A stretch of 32,000 nucleotides of DNA, from positions 690,001 through 722,000 of the forward strand of contig NC_006833.1 of the NCBI RefSeq assembly GCF_000008385.1, read 5' to 3'. The stretch comes from Wolbachia endosymbiont strain TRS of Brugia malayi. Lineage in GTDB: Bacteria > Pseudomonadota > Alphaproteobacteria > Rickettsiales > Anaplasmataceae. The first letter of the stretch is position 1. Each line of letters opens with the position of its first letter. This document shows, one piece after another, positions 1 through 9,944 of the stretch. Position numbers and translations under genes: made by a program. The notes beneath the pieces were generated by a model. That model was not told where the DNA came from, did no database searches, and saw only the letters and a program-made list of their open reading frames with translations.

Positions 1-28
1 GTCCTTGAATGGCAATGTGGCAATTAGT

Positions 29-57
29 TTGACTAAAACTGCTTAATTATATAAAAT
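29..57 (+). promoter_or_regulatory. Candidate sigma70-type promoter for rpsP
   Basis: TTGACT (29-34), a 17 nt spacer, then TAAAAT (52-57), about 30 nt upstream of the rpsP ATG. AAGG RBS at 78-81. Such matches are common by chance in AT-rich DNA. Confidence 0.3.
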
Positions 58-86
58 TGTAACTAGTATAATAAATAAAGGTTAAC

Positions 87-407
87 ATGGCAGTTAAAAT
101 AAGGTTGGCAAGATTTGGTGCAAAGAAACGCCCTTTTTACAGAATAGTTGTAGCTGATTCACGTGCACCAAGAGATGGACGTTTTATTGAGAGAATAGGG
201 CAGTATGATCCAATGCTATCAAAAGACAACAAAAATTGTGTCGTGGTAAAAGCCGATAGATTAAAATATTGGCTAAATGTAGGTGCGCAAGCAAGTGAAA
301 GGGTACTATGGTTCATTAAAAAAGGCATAATAACTTTAGAAGCAGAAAAAAAGAAAGTAGAAACAAAGAAAGCAGAGATAAAAAAAGTAAAAGAACAAGA
401 GGTATAA
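87..407 (+). CDS. rpsP: 30S ribosomal protein S16
   Basis: 106-aa [45 protein letters not shown] is the canonical bacterial S16 N-terminus. Lys-rich C-terminal tail. RBS present. Confidence 0.95.
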   Translation: MAVKIRLARFGAKKRPFYRIVVADSRAPRDGRFIERIGQYDPMLSKDNKNCVVVKADRLKYWLNVGAQASERVLWFIKKGIITLEAEKKKVETKKAEIKKVKEQEV

Positions 408-416
408 GTCTCATTA

Positions 417-1403
417 ATGCTGAACACCGGTTTAACAAATAATGATATATTAGACGATATCGTATCCTCTGACTTATCAGCTATGAAGAATTTTATCTTC
501 AGGGATGTTAACAACGGAGATGTTAAGCTTGCTGCTGATATTATATCTCATCTTGTCAGATCAGGCGGAAAAAAAGTTAGGCCCAAACTTGTCTTTATCA
601 TATGTAAAATGCTGAACTATTCCGGAGAGGATAGGGTTAAAGTTGCCGCATCAGTAGAATTTATACATAACGCCACTTTACTTCATGATGATGTGCTTGA
701 TGAAAGTGAAGCACGTCATGGAGTTAAAACAGCAAATAAAATTTGGGGAAATAAGTCAAGCATTTTAGTTGGTGATCTGTTATTGACTCTAGCATTCAGA
801 TGGCTTATAGAATGTGGAAATTTAAACATTCTCTCCATTTTATCTGGAGCATCGCATTCACTTGTAAATGGCGAAATAAAACAAATGGCAGCACGCTTTA
901 ACTCTCACACTATTAGGAAAAACTATTTCGACATCATTGGAAAGAAAACAGCATCTTTATTTTCTGCATGCTGTGAAGCTGCATCTGTAATATCCAACGC
1001 TACAAGTAATGAAACAGAGAGGTTGAAAAATTTTGGTCTTAACTTTGGTATGGCATTTCAAATAATTGATGATACGCTTGACTATACTGCTGACCAACGT
1101 ACTTCTGGAAAGCAAGTAGGAAAGGACTTCTTTGAAGGCAAAGTTACTTTACCTGCTATTATAGCGTACGAAAAAGGCAGTCCAGCAGAACAAAAATTCT
1201 GGGAAAAATGTTTTTCTTTGGCTGAGCGCAACTTTGACCAAGCATTACATTATATCAATCATCACAATGCTATTCAGCTTTCTATAGAAAAAGCTAGGCA
1301 CTATGTTAATATGGCACAAAATAATATTAACACTTTTTCTGATTCTTCTTATAAAATTGCTTTAATTGACTTTTTAAATGCAAGCATAGAACGACAAGCT
1401 TAG
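417..1403 (+). CDS. ispB: Long-chain trans-polyprenyl (octaprenyl-type) diphosphate synthase
   Basis: 328-aa ORF with both Asp-rich prenyltransferase motifs (LLHDDVLDESEARHG and FQIIDDTLDY). Product chain length is inferred only. Confidence 0.88.
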   Translation: MLNTGLTNNDILDDIVSSDLSAMKNFIFRDVNNGDVKLAADIISHLVRSGGKKVRPKLVFIICKMLNYSGEDRVKVAASVEFIHNATLLHDDVLDESEARHGVKTANKIWGNKSSILVGDLLLTLAFRWLIECGNLNILSILSGASHSLVNGEIKQMAARFNSHTIRKNYFDIIGKKTASLFSACCEAASVISNATSNETERLKNFGLNFGMAFQIIDDTLDYTADQRTSGKQVGKDFFEGKVTLPAIIAYEKGSPAEQKFWEKCFSLAERNFDQALHYINHHNAIQLSIEKARHYVNMAQNNINTFSDSSYKIALIDFLNASIERQA

Positions 1404-1464
1404 CTAGTTCTTGATATTTTCAGATTAATTGTTATATATTTATTAGATTTTTAAGGATAATGAT

Positions 1465-2013
1465 ATGTCAGATAGTAGTAAAGAAAGAAAGAAGAAATTC
1501 ACTGGCATGGTGAATAAACAAAAAAGCGAAGACCAACAAAATAATAGTAAACAAGCTGATGATTTAGATGAGCTCAAAACATTAAAAGAACGTGCAGTTC
1601 AGCTTGAAGATCATTTACGCCGTGCTGTTGCAGATAACGAAAACGTTAAACGTATAATGCAAAAACAAATTAGCGATGCAAACGACTACGCAGTTACAAA
1701 ATTTGCCCGTGATATGATCGATTCGTGCGATAATTTAAAAAGAGTAATGGAAATTTTGAAGGACGATGATCCTGTTCATGAGGGAATTAAAGTAGCTTAT
1801 AAAAAAATTATGAATGATCTCAAAAAGCATGGAATAGAAGAGATAGACCCAATCGGAGAGCTTTTTGATAGTAATTTACATCAAGCTGTTGTAGAAAGAG
1901 AGGATAATGAAAAAAAAACTGGCACTATTGTAGAGGTCTTGCAAACCGGTTACACTATCAAAAATAGGTTGCTTCGTCCTGCAATGGTTATCATTTCCAA
2001 AAAAAACTGCTAA
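1465..2013 (+). CDS. grpE: Nucleotide exchange factor GrpE
   Basis: 182-aa ORF. Charged coiled-coil N-terminal half and a GrpE-like C-terminal beta domain (FDSNLHQAV...VLQTGYTIKNRLLRPAMV). Confidence 0.9.
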   Translation: MSDSSKERKKKFTGMVNKQKSEDQQNNSKQADDLDELKTLKERAVQLEDHLRRAVADNENVKRIMQKQISDANDYAVTKFARDMIDSCDNLKRVMEILKDDDPVHEGIKVAYKKIMNDLKKHGIEEIDPIGELFDSNLHQAVVEREDNEKKTGTIVEVLQTGYTIKNRLLRPAMVIISKKNC

Positions 2014-2058
2014 TTGTGGAAGCAGTTAGTAATACATATACAATAAGATAAATATGTA

Positions 2059-3057
2059 ATGACAGGCGTAGTCTTTTCAGGCACTCAACCAAGTGGTGTA
2101 CTACATTTAGGTAATTATCTTGGTGCAATTAAGCAGTGGGTGACTTTACAAGATAAATACAAATCTATTTTTTGTATAGTTGATTTGTATGCGATCACAG
2201 CCAATAAGCTTTCTGCAAGTGAATTAAAAAGTAATATTTTTAAAACAGCAGCAGCTTATATCGCGTGTGGAATAGATCCAGAAAAATCCATTATTTTTAA
2301 TCAGTCTACAATTAGTAGTCATACAGAACTCAGTTGGCTGCTCGGGTGCTACACACCAGTTGGTTGGCTTAATCGTATGACTCAATTTAAAGATAAGGCT
2401 GGAAGTGATAAACAAAAAGCCTCTCTTGGGTTATATAGTTACCCAGTGCTTATGGCTGCAGATATATTGCTATATCGAACTAAATACGTCCCTGTTGGTG
2501 ATGATCAAAAACAGCACTTGGAGCTCGCACGCGACATTGCATTAGCTTTCAATAATCACTATAAGCTTGGTCATTTCGTTATACCTGAAATCCTAGTTTT
2601 AGATCATGCATCGAGGATAATGAGCTTAAGAGATGGTACAAGCAAAATGAGTAAATCTCCCCCTTCAGAATATTCGTGCATTAACCTTGACGACACAGAT
2701 GACTTGATTGTTAAAAAAGTAGGAAAAGCAAAAACAGATTCAATACTAGGCTTTGATTTTGCTACTTTAAAGTGTCGTCCGGAAATAAGCAATTTGATAA
2801 ACATTTACTCAGTGCTTAGTAATTTAGATGTAGATAAAGTGTGTGAAGAAATGAATAAGTATGATATGCAGCACTTTAAAGGAGAGTTAGCTGATTTAAT
2901 CATAAGTGTTATATCACCCATACGTGAAGAAATAAATGATCTTTTAAAAGATCAATCTCACTTATATAGAGTGTTAAAAAAAGGCACAGAAAAAGCAGCG
3001 GAAATTGTTGGCCATAACATAAAGGAAATCAAAAATATTATAGGGTTTGTTCAATAA
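2059..3057 (+). CDS. trpS: Tryptophan--tRNA ligase
   Basis: 332-aa ORF. N-terminal GTQPSGVLHLGNYLGA (HIGH-type motif) and KMSKS motif (TSKMSKS). Overall TrpRS length. Confidence 0.95.
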   Translation: MTGVVFSGTQPSGVLHLGNYLGAIKQWVTLQDKYKSIFCIVDLYAITANKLSASELKSNIFKTAAAYIACGIDPEKSIIFNQSTISSHTELSWLLGCYTPVGWLNRMTQFKDKAGSDKQKASLGLYSYPVLMAADILLYRTKYVPVGDDQKQHLELARDIALAFNNHYKLGHFVIPEILVLDHASRIMSLRDGTSKMSKSPPSEYSCINLDDTDDLIVKKVGKAKTDSILGFDFATLKCRPEISNLINIYSVLSNLDVDKVCEEMNKYDMQHFKGELADLIISVISPIREEINDLLKDQSHLYRVLKKGTEKAAEIVGHNIKEIKNIIGFVQ

Positions 3058-3064
3058 GTTATAG

Positions 3065-4589
3065 CTATTTCTTTCCATGACTTTTAAATCGTGCAACTAT
3101 TTCCTTTATACTTACATGTGTGAGAAGAGGTTTTTTGCTAATGGAGATTTAGGACCAGACTTTGCTGTTATAGAGGATTCAATTGCAGATCTTTCGTTCT
3201 CTGTTGGAAATAAACGAGATTGAGAAGCAGTTTTTAGTGAGAGTGTAGGATCTTGCTTTACACCAGTATCTACTTGTGCTGCTGGGGTGACTTTGCTTTC
3301 AACAGGTCATACACCTGCATTTTCCTTTACTTGATTTCGCTTAAATTTTTCTTTTAACGCTTTGACTTTGCTGTCCGTCTTGTGATTGACCCCTTCATAG
3401 TAACCGCTTCTACTTTTGGTATCGCTTTACTAGAAGCTTCCTGCATAGATTGCCTACGATCTTGATTTTTAGTTTTTTTTGACATTTCAGGTTTACTTTC
3501 AGCTGATTTTTCAAGAATCACATTCATTATTCCTGGCTTCGTATTTACTTCTTCTTTTTGATCAGCACGGCCTAGATTTTTAGACTTTGGCAGTATTTTA
3601 GGTTTATCTTTTCTCGGTTTTTGCCCAATCTTTTGATTAGTAGCGAACGTTTTCTTTAATACTGGCAGTGCTATTGATGGTTTTGGTGGTATTGAAAATT
3701 TAGATTGCTGTTTACGTTCTCTTTATTGCTTCTATATGTTTTTTAGAAACCGTTGCATAAATTGCCTCTTTCTCTTGATAATTTGACATTCTTTTATCAG
3801 GCTCTTCATCTAACAAACTTCCATAGCCTGAGTCCTTGTAACTATAAGAAAGCTTATTGCTATCTGAGGGTATAATCTCTACTTCTGATTAAAAACGTAC
3901 CTTCTTCTCAGTAGCAGAAACCTTTTTCCCAGACTCAGGCTTAAGCTCATTTATGGAAAGATTAGCTTCTTCTAATGAGAAAGTTTTCTTTAAATTCGGA
4001 GCAGTTATGGGTAGTGGAGGTGCAGTTGTCGGTCGTTTTATTTTTCCCTTTGGCGATTACTACCTAATTCTTCTTTTGGCTGTTCTCCCTTTTATTTTAA
4101 AGCTATTTTGCTTTCCACATTTACTTCTTATAATTTATATTTTTCCTGAACTTTTTACCCTGTTCTGAATCCAAAATTTCTTTCAAAACATTGAGTTTTT
4201 CTTTAAGGAAATTAATTTTTCTCAAGATATTCGTGTATCTTACTGCTTTTTCTAAAGTAAAATTTGGCAATTTATCTTTAGCAAAATTTCTTATGTTGTC
4301 ATCTTAATCGGAACATCTTTTCCTAAGATTGTGTTCCATATGTTCTTTAATGTTTCAAAAAGACCTGATGGCTTTTCATCAACCGGTTCTACATAATTAT
4401 CCAAGTCAGTATACATAATAAACTTAGCCACGTCTTTGCCTTGTTTGTAAAATCTTCTAGTGCTTAAGATAAATTTCTTACTGTTTCAGTATATTGTTTG
4501 TCGACTTCCTTTGTATTTCCTAACCTTACAACTTTGACCAGAGAATCAAGTTTTTTTTCATAGTTGTCACTTTTGAATGGGTCACTCAC
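3065..4589 (-). pseudogene. Heavily eroded gene for a Lys/Pro-rich low-complexity protein of unknown function
   Basis: 1.5 kb with no ORF above 71 codons on either strand. The minus strand reads as coding-like pieces in all three frames, e.g. SDPFKSDNYEKKLDSLVKVVRLGNTKEVDKQYTETVRNLS*, KPSIALPVLKKTFATNQKIGQKPRKDKPKILPKSKNLGRADQKEEVNTKPGIMNVILEKSAESKPEMSKKTKNQDRRQSMQEASSKAIPKVEAV, and a terminal PLLTHVSIKEIVARFKSHGKK*. I recognise no family. Confidence 0.55.
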
Positions 4590-4735
4590 ACTAATTACAA
4601 CTTACTATTTATTAAAATATAGACTTAAAAAATTAAGATCTAGTAAATATCATTTGTATAATCCATGGGATCCAGATTAAGCTCTATTGAGTACGCTTAA
4701 ACAGTTTGATTTCATTAGCATGCAGACTTTACAAT

Positions 4736-5602
4736 CTAATTGGCAAAGTTCACAATCCTATCTAAAAAGATGCCGAAAAAAAGTAGTAGTCCTATATAGG
4801 AATTATTTTTAAATATGGACATGCATTGACTAGAGTTGTCAGGATTAAAATGTTTGTACTGGCGATAAAATATAAATCCTACAGCAAGCAGAGCAATGTA
4901 AAAAATGTTGTTCAATGATGATAAAATACCGGCGTATAGCCACACCATGAGAGATATTAAGTAAAACCTTTTTAGCCAAGATTTTGTTTTATCACCAAAA
5001 TATAATGCAGTTGATTTTATTCCGAGTTTTTCATCATCCTTTTTATCCTGATGGGCGTATATGGGGTCATAACTCAGCGTCCAAAAGATGCATCCTATAT
5101 AAAAGAGCATGGGTTCTATACTGATCTGGTTCTTCACTGCTGCCCAGCCTATAAGTGATCCCATATTGAAAGTAAACCCTAGAAACAATTGTGGCCACCA
5201 AACATAACGCTTCAATAAGGGGTAAATAGTTACCATACACATTGAAATTACTCCAAGTATAAGTGTAGTTTTGTTAGTAAACAGTAGAACGACTAGGGCA
5301 ATAGATAGTAACAGAAAAAGTAAAATCAAAGCTTGCTTTACGTTTAATTTGCCACTTGCAAGTGGTCTATATTTTGTTCGTTCAACATGCGCATCTATTT
5401 TTCTATCGAAAATATCATTGATTATGCAACCTGCAGGTCTCATTAAAAATGCACCTATGGTAAACAAAATAAGGAGAAGAAAAGTCTGCCAAGATAGAGA
5501 AGTTGAGGCTAGCACAATACCACTTAAACCAGGAAATAACACAAGCCACAAACCTGTTAAGCTGTGCAACCTCATCAATGAAAAGTAACAATTGAAATGC
5601 AT
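4736..5602 (-). CDS. ubiA: 4-hydroxybenzoate polyprenyltransferase (UbiA family)
   Basis: 288-aa polytopic membrane ORF with the UbiA signature NDIFDRKIDAHVERTKYRPLASG and a second Asp-rich region (YAHQDKKDDEKLG). The start may be the internal MRLHSL. Confidence 0.9.
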   Translation of the reverse strand: MHFNCYFSLMRLHSLTGLWLVLFPGLSGIVLASTSLSWQTFLLLILFTIGAFLMRPAGCIINDIFDRKIDAHVERTKYRPLASGKLNVKQALILLFLLLSIALVVLLFTNKTTLILGVISMCMVTIYPLLKRYVWWPQLFLGFTFNMGSLIGWAAVKNQISIEPMLFYIGCIFWTLSYDPIYAHQDKKDDEKLGIKSTALYFGDKTKSWLKRFYLISLMVWLYAGILSSLNNIFYIALLAVGFIFYRQYKHFNPDNSSQCMSIFKNNSYIGLLLFFGIFLDRIVNFAN

Positions 5603-5605
5603 TTA

Positions 5606-5950
5606 TTAAGTATAATTACTTAGTATTTTGCTTATGTTAACAAAATTATCGAACGCTAAATCAGCCTTAAAAACTAACTTTGGTATAAATCGCAAATCAA
5701 CATAACTCAATATGGATTTGCGTATTAACCACGCAGATTGGTTAATTTCATCAACAACAGTATTAATATTATATTTTTTTTTGCTTAATGAGGATAACAC
5801 AATATATACATCTGCTTTTTTCAAATCTCCACTTAATTTTACATCAGATATTACTACATTTTTATTGAACACCTTACCCTCCATTAAGACTTTGGATATT
5901 GCTCTACGCAATACAGATGCTATTTTTAGGTTTCTGATTTCCTTTCTCAT
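5606..5950 (-). CDS. rbfA: Ribosome-binding factor A
   Basis: 114-aa ORF immediately downstream of infB, which is conserved operon position. RbfA-like RAISKVL...VVISDVKLSGDLKKADVYI. Confidence 0.85.
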   Translation of the reverse strand: MRKEIRNLKIASVLRRAISKVLMEGKVFNKNVVISDVKLSGDLKKADVYIVLSSLSKKKYNINTVVDEINQSAWLIRKSILSYVDLRFIPKLVFKADLAFDNFVNISKILSNYT

Positions 5951-5959
5951 ATTAAACTA

Positions 5960-8293
5960 CTATAACACCCTTTCTTCTTGTACTAATTGATGAGCTTCAA
6001 GAATATCTCCAACTTTTATATCAACGTTACCATCCAGAGATACTCCACATTCAAAGTTTGTACCTACTTCCTTAACGTTATCCTTAAATCTACGTAAAGC
6101 TTTCAACTTTCCTTCATATATCAACTTATTATTGCGCATTACCTTAATTAAAGAATCTTTTTTTACAACTCCATCACTTACATAACATCCAATAATATTG
6201 CCTACTCTAGATACATTAAATATCTGCCTCACAGATGCAGAGCCAATACGCACTTCTCGTGTCACAGGCTTTAACATTTTAGTCAAATACATTCTCATGT
6301 CGTCGATAAGTTCGTATATTATACTATAAGTATGTATTTCTACACCCTTCCTTTTTGCTAAATCCCTTATTTTTGAATCTACTTTGACATTGAACGCTAA
6401 AATTACTGCACTTGATGCTTCTGCAAGCAGCACATCTGAATCTGTTATTCCCCCTACTGCTTTGTGTAAGATATTCAATTTTACTTGGTCTTTACCGAGC
6501 TTATCAATTGAATTCGATATTGCTTCAATAGAACCAGTTACATCGCACTTTAAAACTACAGATAATTCTTCTACTTCACTATCATTGCGACTGAACATGT
6601 CTAAATTATTGTTGCTTAAATCTTCTTTCTTTTCCTTAATTAACTCTAACCTATACTCAGCAATTTCACGTGCCTGCTTTTCAGAACTTACTACAACAAA
6701 TTTATCTCCAGCATTTGGTATACCATTTAGACCAGTAATCTCAATTGGAGAGGATGGTAGTGCCACCTTTTCTCTTTGCCCAAGGTGATTAACCATACTG
6801 CGCACTTTACCATATGCTGTACCAACTACCAACATATCACCAACTTTTAGCGTTCCTTCCTCAACTATCAATGTAGCCGATATTCCCTTGGCTTTATCTA
6901 TTTTAGATTCTATTACCCACCCAAGTGCCCTACAATCTTCTATTGCTTCTAGCTTCATTAATTCAGCGATCAATAAAATCGCCTCTTCTAGTTTATCCAA
7001 ATTAATTTTCTTTTTTGCTGATACTGGCACAACTATAACATCGCCACCGAGCTCTTCAGGAATGAGATCATATTGAGGTAAACTACTAATTATCCTCTCT
7101 ACATCACCAGACTGTGACCTATCAATTTTATTAATAGCAACTATAATAGAAACATTTGCCGCTTTTGCATGATTCATTGCTTCAATTGTTTGTTTCATGA
7201 CTCCATCATCAGCCGCAACTACTATTACAACTATATTAGTGATGTTAGCGCCACACGCACGCATCGCAGTGAACGCTTCATGTCCCGGCGTGTCAATGAA
7301 AGTAATTTTTTTATCTTTTGTAATTATCTGATAAGCACCTATGTGTTGAGTTATTCCGCCTAACTCTCTTTCTGCAACATTAGATTCACGAAATGCATCA
7401 AGCAAGGAAGTTTTACCATGATCAACGTGTCCCATAAAGGTGACAATTGGTGGTTTAGGTTTTTTAGGTAAACTTTCTCTCTCTTCTATAAAAAACAAAT
7501 TCTTTTCCTTGTTAGCACCGCTCACTCGTTTAGCCGTATGATTGAATTTCTCCACTATTTCGCATGCTACTTCTGGATCTACTAAACCATCCACTCCATA
7601 ATTCTCACCCATTTCTTCTTTCAACATCTTTAGCACACTTTTGCTATCTTCTGCCATGCGAATAGATAATTCCTTAATTGTTATCTCATCTGGTATAATA
7701 ACTTCCCTTGAGATATTTTTACCCTTAGTGAATTCTGATTTTCTATTTCTTATACCAAATCTTTGCTTAAACACAGAAGGTTGCTCAATTTTGTCATCTA
7801 TTGATTGTGCAATTATCCGCTTAGAATGCTTGGAATATATATCTTTGTTAGTCTTTAAAGACTTTTTATTATTATCTTCGTTGTCAGTGTTATTCTCTAT
7901 TAGCTCAACTAAGCTAACATCGTTCAAAACTTCCTTTCCAGTTTCTTTAAATGAAGTGTTCGTGGCGCTATCTCTGTCGTTAGTCTTTTCATTACTATCT
8001 TCTTTTACTATACTATCTTTTTTTACTATGGCTTCTTTTTCTTTTAGATTCCTTTCTTTCAGCAAAGCAGCGTTCTGTACAGCATTAATACGAGAAATTT
8101 GCTCTTTTTTTGTTAAAGAACCTAATAATTTATTTTCATCTTGTTCTTCTGTGTCATGAGTTTTTCTTCTTCTTTTTTTTACTATTGTAGCTCCCATACT
8201 TGGACTTGCTGAAGAGCTCAAATTGAAGTCTAATTTAAGCTTACTAAAGCCTTGGAGTGTTAATTTTTTGCTACTGATATCTTTACTATTCAT
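5960..8293 (-). CDS. infB: Translation initiation factor IF-2
   Basis: 777-aa ORF. Low-complexity N-terminus, GTPase G-domain ([24 protein letters not shown]) and IF-2 C-terminal domains. Confidence 0.97.
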   Translation of the reverse strand: MNSKDISSKKLTLQGFSKLKLDFNLSSSASPSMGATIVKKRRRKTHDTEEQDENKLLGSLTKKEQISRINAVQNAALLKERNLKEKEAIVKKDSIVKEDSNEKTNDRDSATNTSFKETGKEVLNDVSLVELIENNTDNEDNNKKSLKTNKDIYSKHSKRIIAQSIDDKIEQPSVFKQRFGIRNRKSEFTKGKNISREVIIPDEITIKELSIRMAEDSKSVLKMLKEEMGENYGVDGLVDPEVACEIVEKFNHTAKRVSGANKEKNLFFIEERESLPKKPKPPIVTFMGHVDHGKTSLLDAFRESNVAERELGGITQHIGAYQIITKDKKITFIDTPGHEAFTAMRACGANITNIVVIVVAADDGVMKQTIEAMNHAKAANVSIIVAINKIDRSQSGDVERIISSLPQYDLIPEELGGDVIVVPVSAKKKINLDKLEEAILLIAELMKLEAIEDCRALGWVIESKIDKAKGISATLIVEEGTLKVGDMLVVGTAYGKVRSMVNHLGQREKVALPSSPIEITGLNGIPNAGDKFVVVSSEKQAREIAEYRLELIKEKKEDLSNNNLDMFSRNDSEVEELSVVLKCDVTGSIEAISNSIDKLGKDQVKLNILHKAVGGITDSDVLLAEASSAVILAFNVKVDSKIRDLAKRKGVEIHTYSIIYELIDDMRMYLTKMLKPVTREVRIGSASVRQIFNVSRVGNIIGCYVSDGVVKKDSLIKVMRNNKLIYEGKLKALRRFKDNVKEVGTNFECGVSLDGNVDIKVGDILEAHQLVQEERVL

Positions 8294-8294
8294 A

Positions 8295-9857
8295 TTATAT
8301 TACACCAAGCTTCTTGCGCGCTTCCATGATTATTGAGTTCACTGTGTTTTTTAAGTTTTCTTTATCACTCGCTGAAGAAGAAAGTATACTACAAAATTCA
8401 TAGCTTGACAAATCTGCTATGTTTTCTAAAGTTTTAATACCATGTTCACTAAGAGCAATTTTATCATCTATTGATAAAGGTAAATTGATCACATCACTTT
8501 CCATACCTAAACTTTTTAACTCTTCTATTTTTCTATCATTTTCTGCTTTTAGATATCTATTTGCCCTGTTACGCAGTTCACTTGCAATATCCTCGTTAAA
8601 GCCTTCTATTGAAGCAAGCTCTTTAATGGAAGCATTCGATATATCTTCTACACTTGAAAAGCCTTCTGTGACTAACAGTTGACCCATAATCTCCTCTAAG
8701 TTTAAAGCTTCAGCGAATAGAGCTGAACACTGACTAAGCTCTCTATTGCGCCTTTCCGATTCTTGTTGAGTGCTTAGTATCTCAATCTTCCACCCAATAA
8801 GCTCCGAAGCTAGTCTCACATTTTGACCCTTTTTTCCTATTGCCAAACTCAATTGATCTTCAGCGACTATTAGTTCTACGCAATTTTCACTTTCATCAAT
8901 AATAACCTTCGATACTTCCGCAGGAGTGATTGCTTTAATAACAAATTGGCCTAAGTCTGAAAAGTAATGCACGACATCAATTTTTTCACCATTTAATTCA
9001 TGTATGATGGCTTTTATTCTCTCTCCCTTAACTCCAACACATGCACCTACTGGATCAATATTCTTATCGGGAGAGAAAACGGCAACTTTGGACCTTGAAC
9101 CAGCATCTCTAGCTATACCCTTAACTGTCACTAACCCATCAGCAATCTCCGGTATCTCCTGACTTAGTAATGCCTCCAAAAAGCCTTCACTTGCCCGAGA
9201 AAGAATAATTTGACGTCCATCGTCAGAGCGCTTAACAGTTTGTATATAAGCTTTAATCTTATCACCTTCGCGAAATAATTCACCACCGATTAAATTTCGC
9301 AATGGAAGATATGCCCTAGTACCATTTATGTCTATAATCAGATCTGAATATTCTACTTGTTTAACAATACCATACCTTATTTCCCCTACTTTGTCCTTAA
9401 ATTCTTCATATTGCTTCTTTAACTCTTCATATTTAATTACTTGAGCAATCCTTTGCTGGGCAATTCTTGCTGAGGCAAGATCAGTATTAAGAGAGAGCAA
9501 TTCATTAATAGTGTCTCCAACTTTTGCATCCTCCTTTATTAATTTGGCTTGTGTAAGCGTAATTGACCCATATCCGTTATGCTCTTCTCCATTTGGTTCA
9601 TCATCAACGACCTTTAATTCTCTGTACGAAATAACCTCACCTGTGCTTCTATCTATATTAACCACAACCTTACTTTTGCTACCATACTTTTGATAAGCTA
9701 CTGCTTCTATAGCACTTTCTAATGCTTTCATTATAACTTCAAAATCTAGACCTTTCTGAAGTGAAATCTCCCCCGCTGTCTTTATTATATCAAGATTTCC
9801 TACTAAGTTATTTTTGTCACTTTTCTGTTTAACACTTCTTTTGCGATCAGCAATCAT
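8295..9857 (-). CDS. nusA: Transcription termination/antitermination factor NusA
   Basis: The ORF is open to 9905 (536 aa). The first 16 codons (MPVETIIITNCIGFIC) look non-NusA, so I place the start at the internal Met (MIADRK, 9857). S1, KH and C-terminal HhH-like regions are recognisable ([11 protein letters not shown]..., [22 protein letters not shown]). Confidence 0.93.
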   Translation of the reverse strand: MIADRKRSVKQKSDKNNLVGNLDIIKTAGEISLQKGLDFEVIMKALESAIEAVAYQKYGSKSKVVVNIDRSTGEVISYRELKVVDDEPNGEEHNGYGSITLTQAKLIKEDAKVGDTINELLSLNTDLASARIAQQRIAQVIKYEELKKQYEEFKDKVGEIRYGIVKQVEYSDLIIDINGTRAYLPLRNLIGGELFREGDKIKAYIQTVKRSDDGRQIILSRASEGFLEALLSQEIPEIADGLVTVKGIARDAGSRSKVAVFSPDKNIDPVGACVGVKGERIKAIIHELNGEKIDVVHYFSDLGQFVIKAITPAEVSKVIIDESENCVELIVAEDQLSLAIGKKGQNVRLASELIGWKIEILSTQQESERRNRELSQCSALFAEALNLEEIMGQLLVTEGFSSVEDISNASIKELASIEGFNEDIASELRNRANRYLKAENDRKIEELKSLGMESDVINLPLSIDDKIALSEHGIKTLENIADLSSYEFCSILSSSASDKENLKNTVNSIIMEARKKLGVI

Positions 9858-9944
9858 ACAAATAAATCCTATACAATTAGTTATAATTATAGTTTCAACG
9901 GGCAAAGAACTCTATTCTCAATATTAAATAATTACTAATTTAAG

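Noticed and set aside
137-514. 125-codon minus-strand ORF overlapping rpsP and the ispB start
   Set aside because: It is antisense to a textbook S16 gene. Its Ser/Phe/Leu/Ile-rich composition is typical of the shadow frame of an AT-rich, Lys-rich gene. No RBS and no family resemblance.
3953-4168. 71-codon plus-strand ORF in the 3.1-4.6 kb gap
   Set aside because: It lies antisense to the better-supported decayed minus-strand gene. Hydrophobic, repetitive L/F/I content, no RBS.
7641-8159. 172-codon plus-strand ORF inside infB
   Set aside because: It is antisense to the low-complexity Lys/Glu-rich N-terminal region of IF-2, which is depleted in the codons that give antisense stops. Its Ser/Leu/Phe-rich sequence has no recognisable domain.
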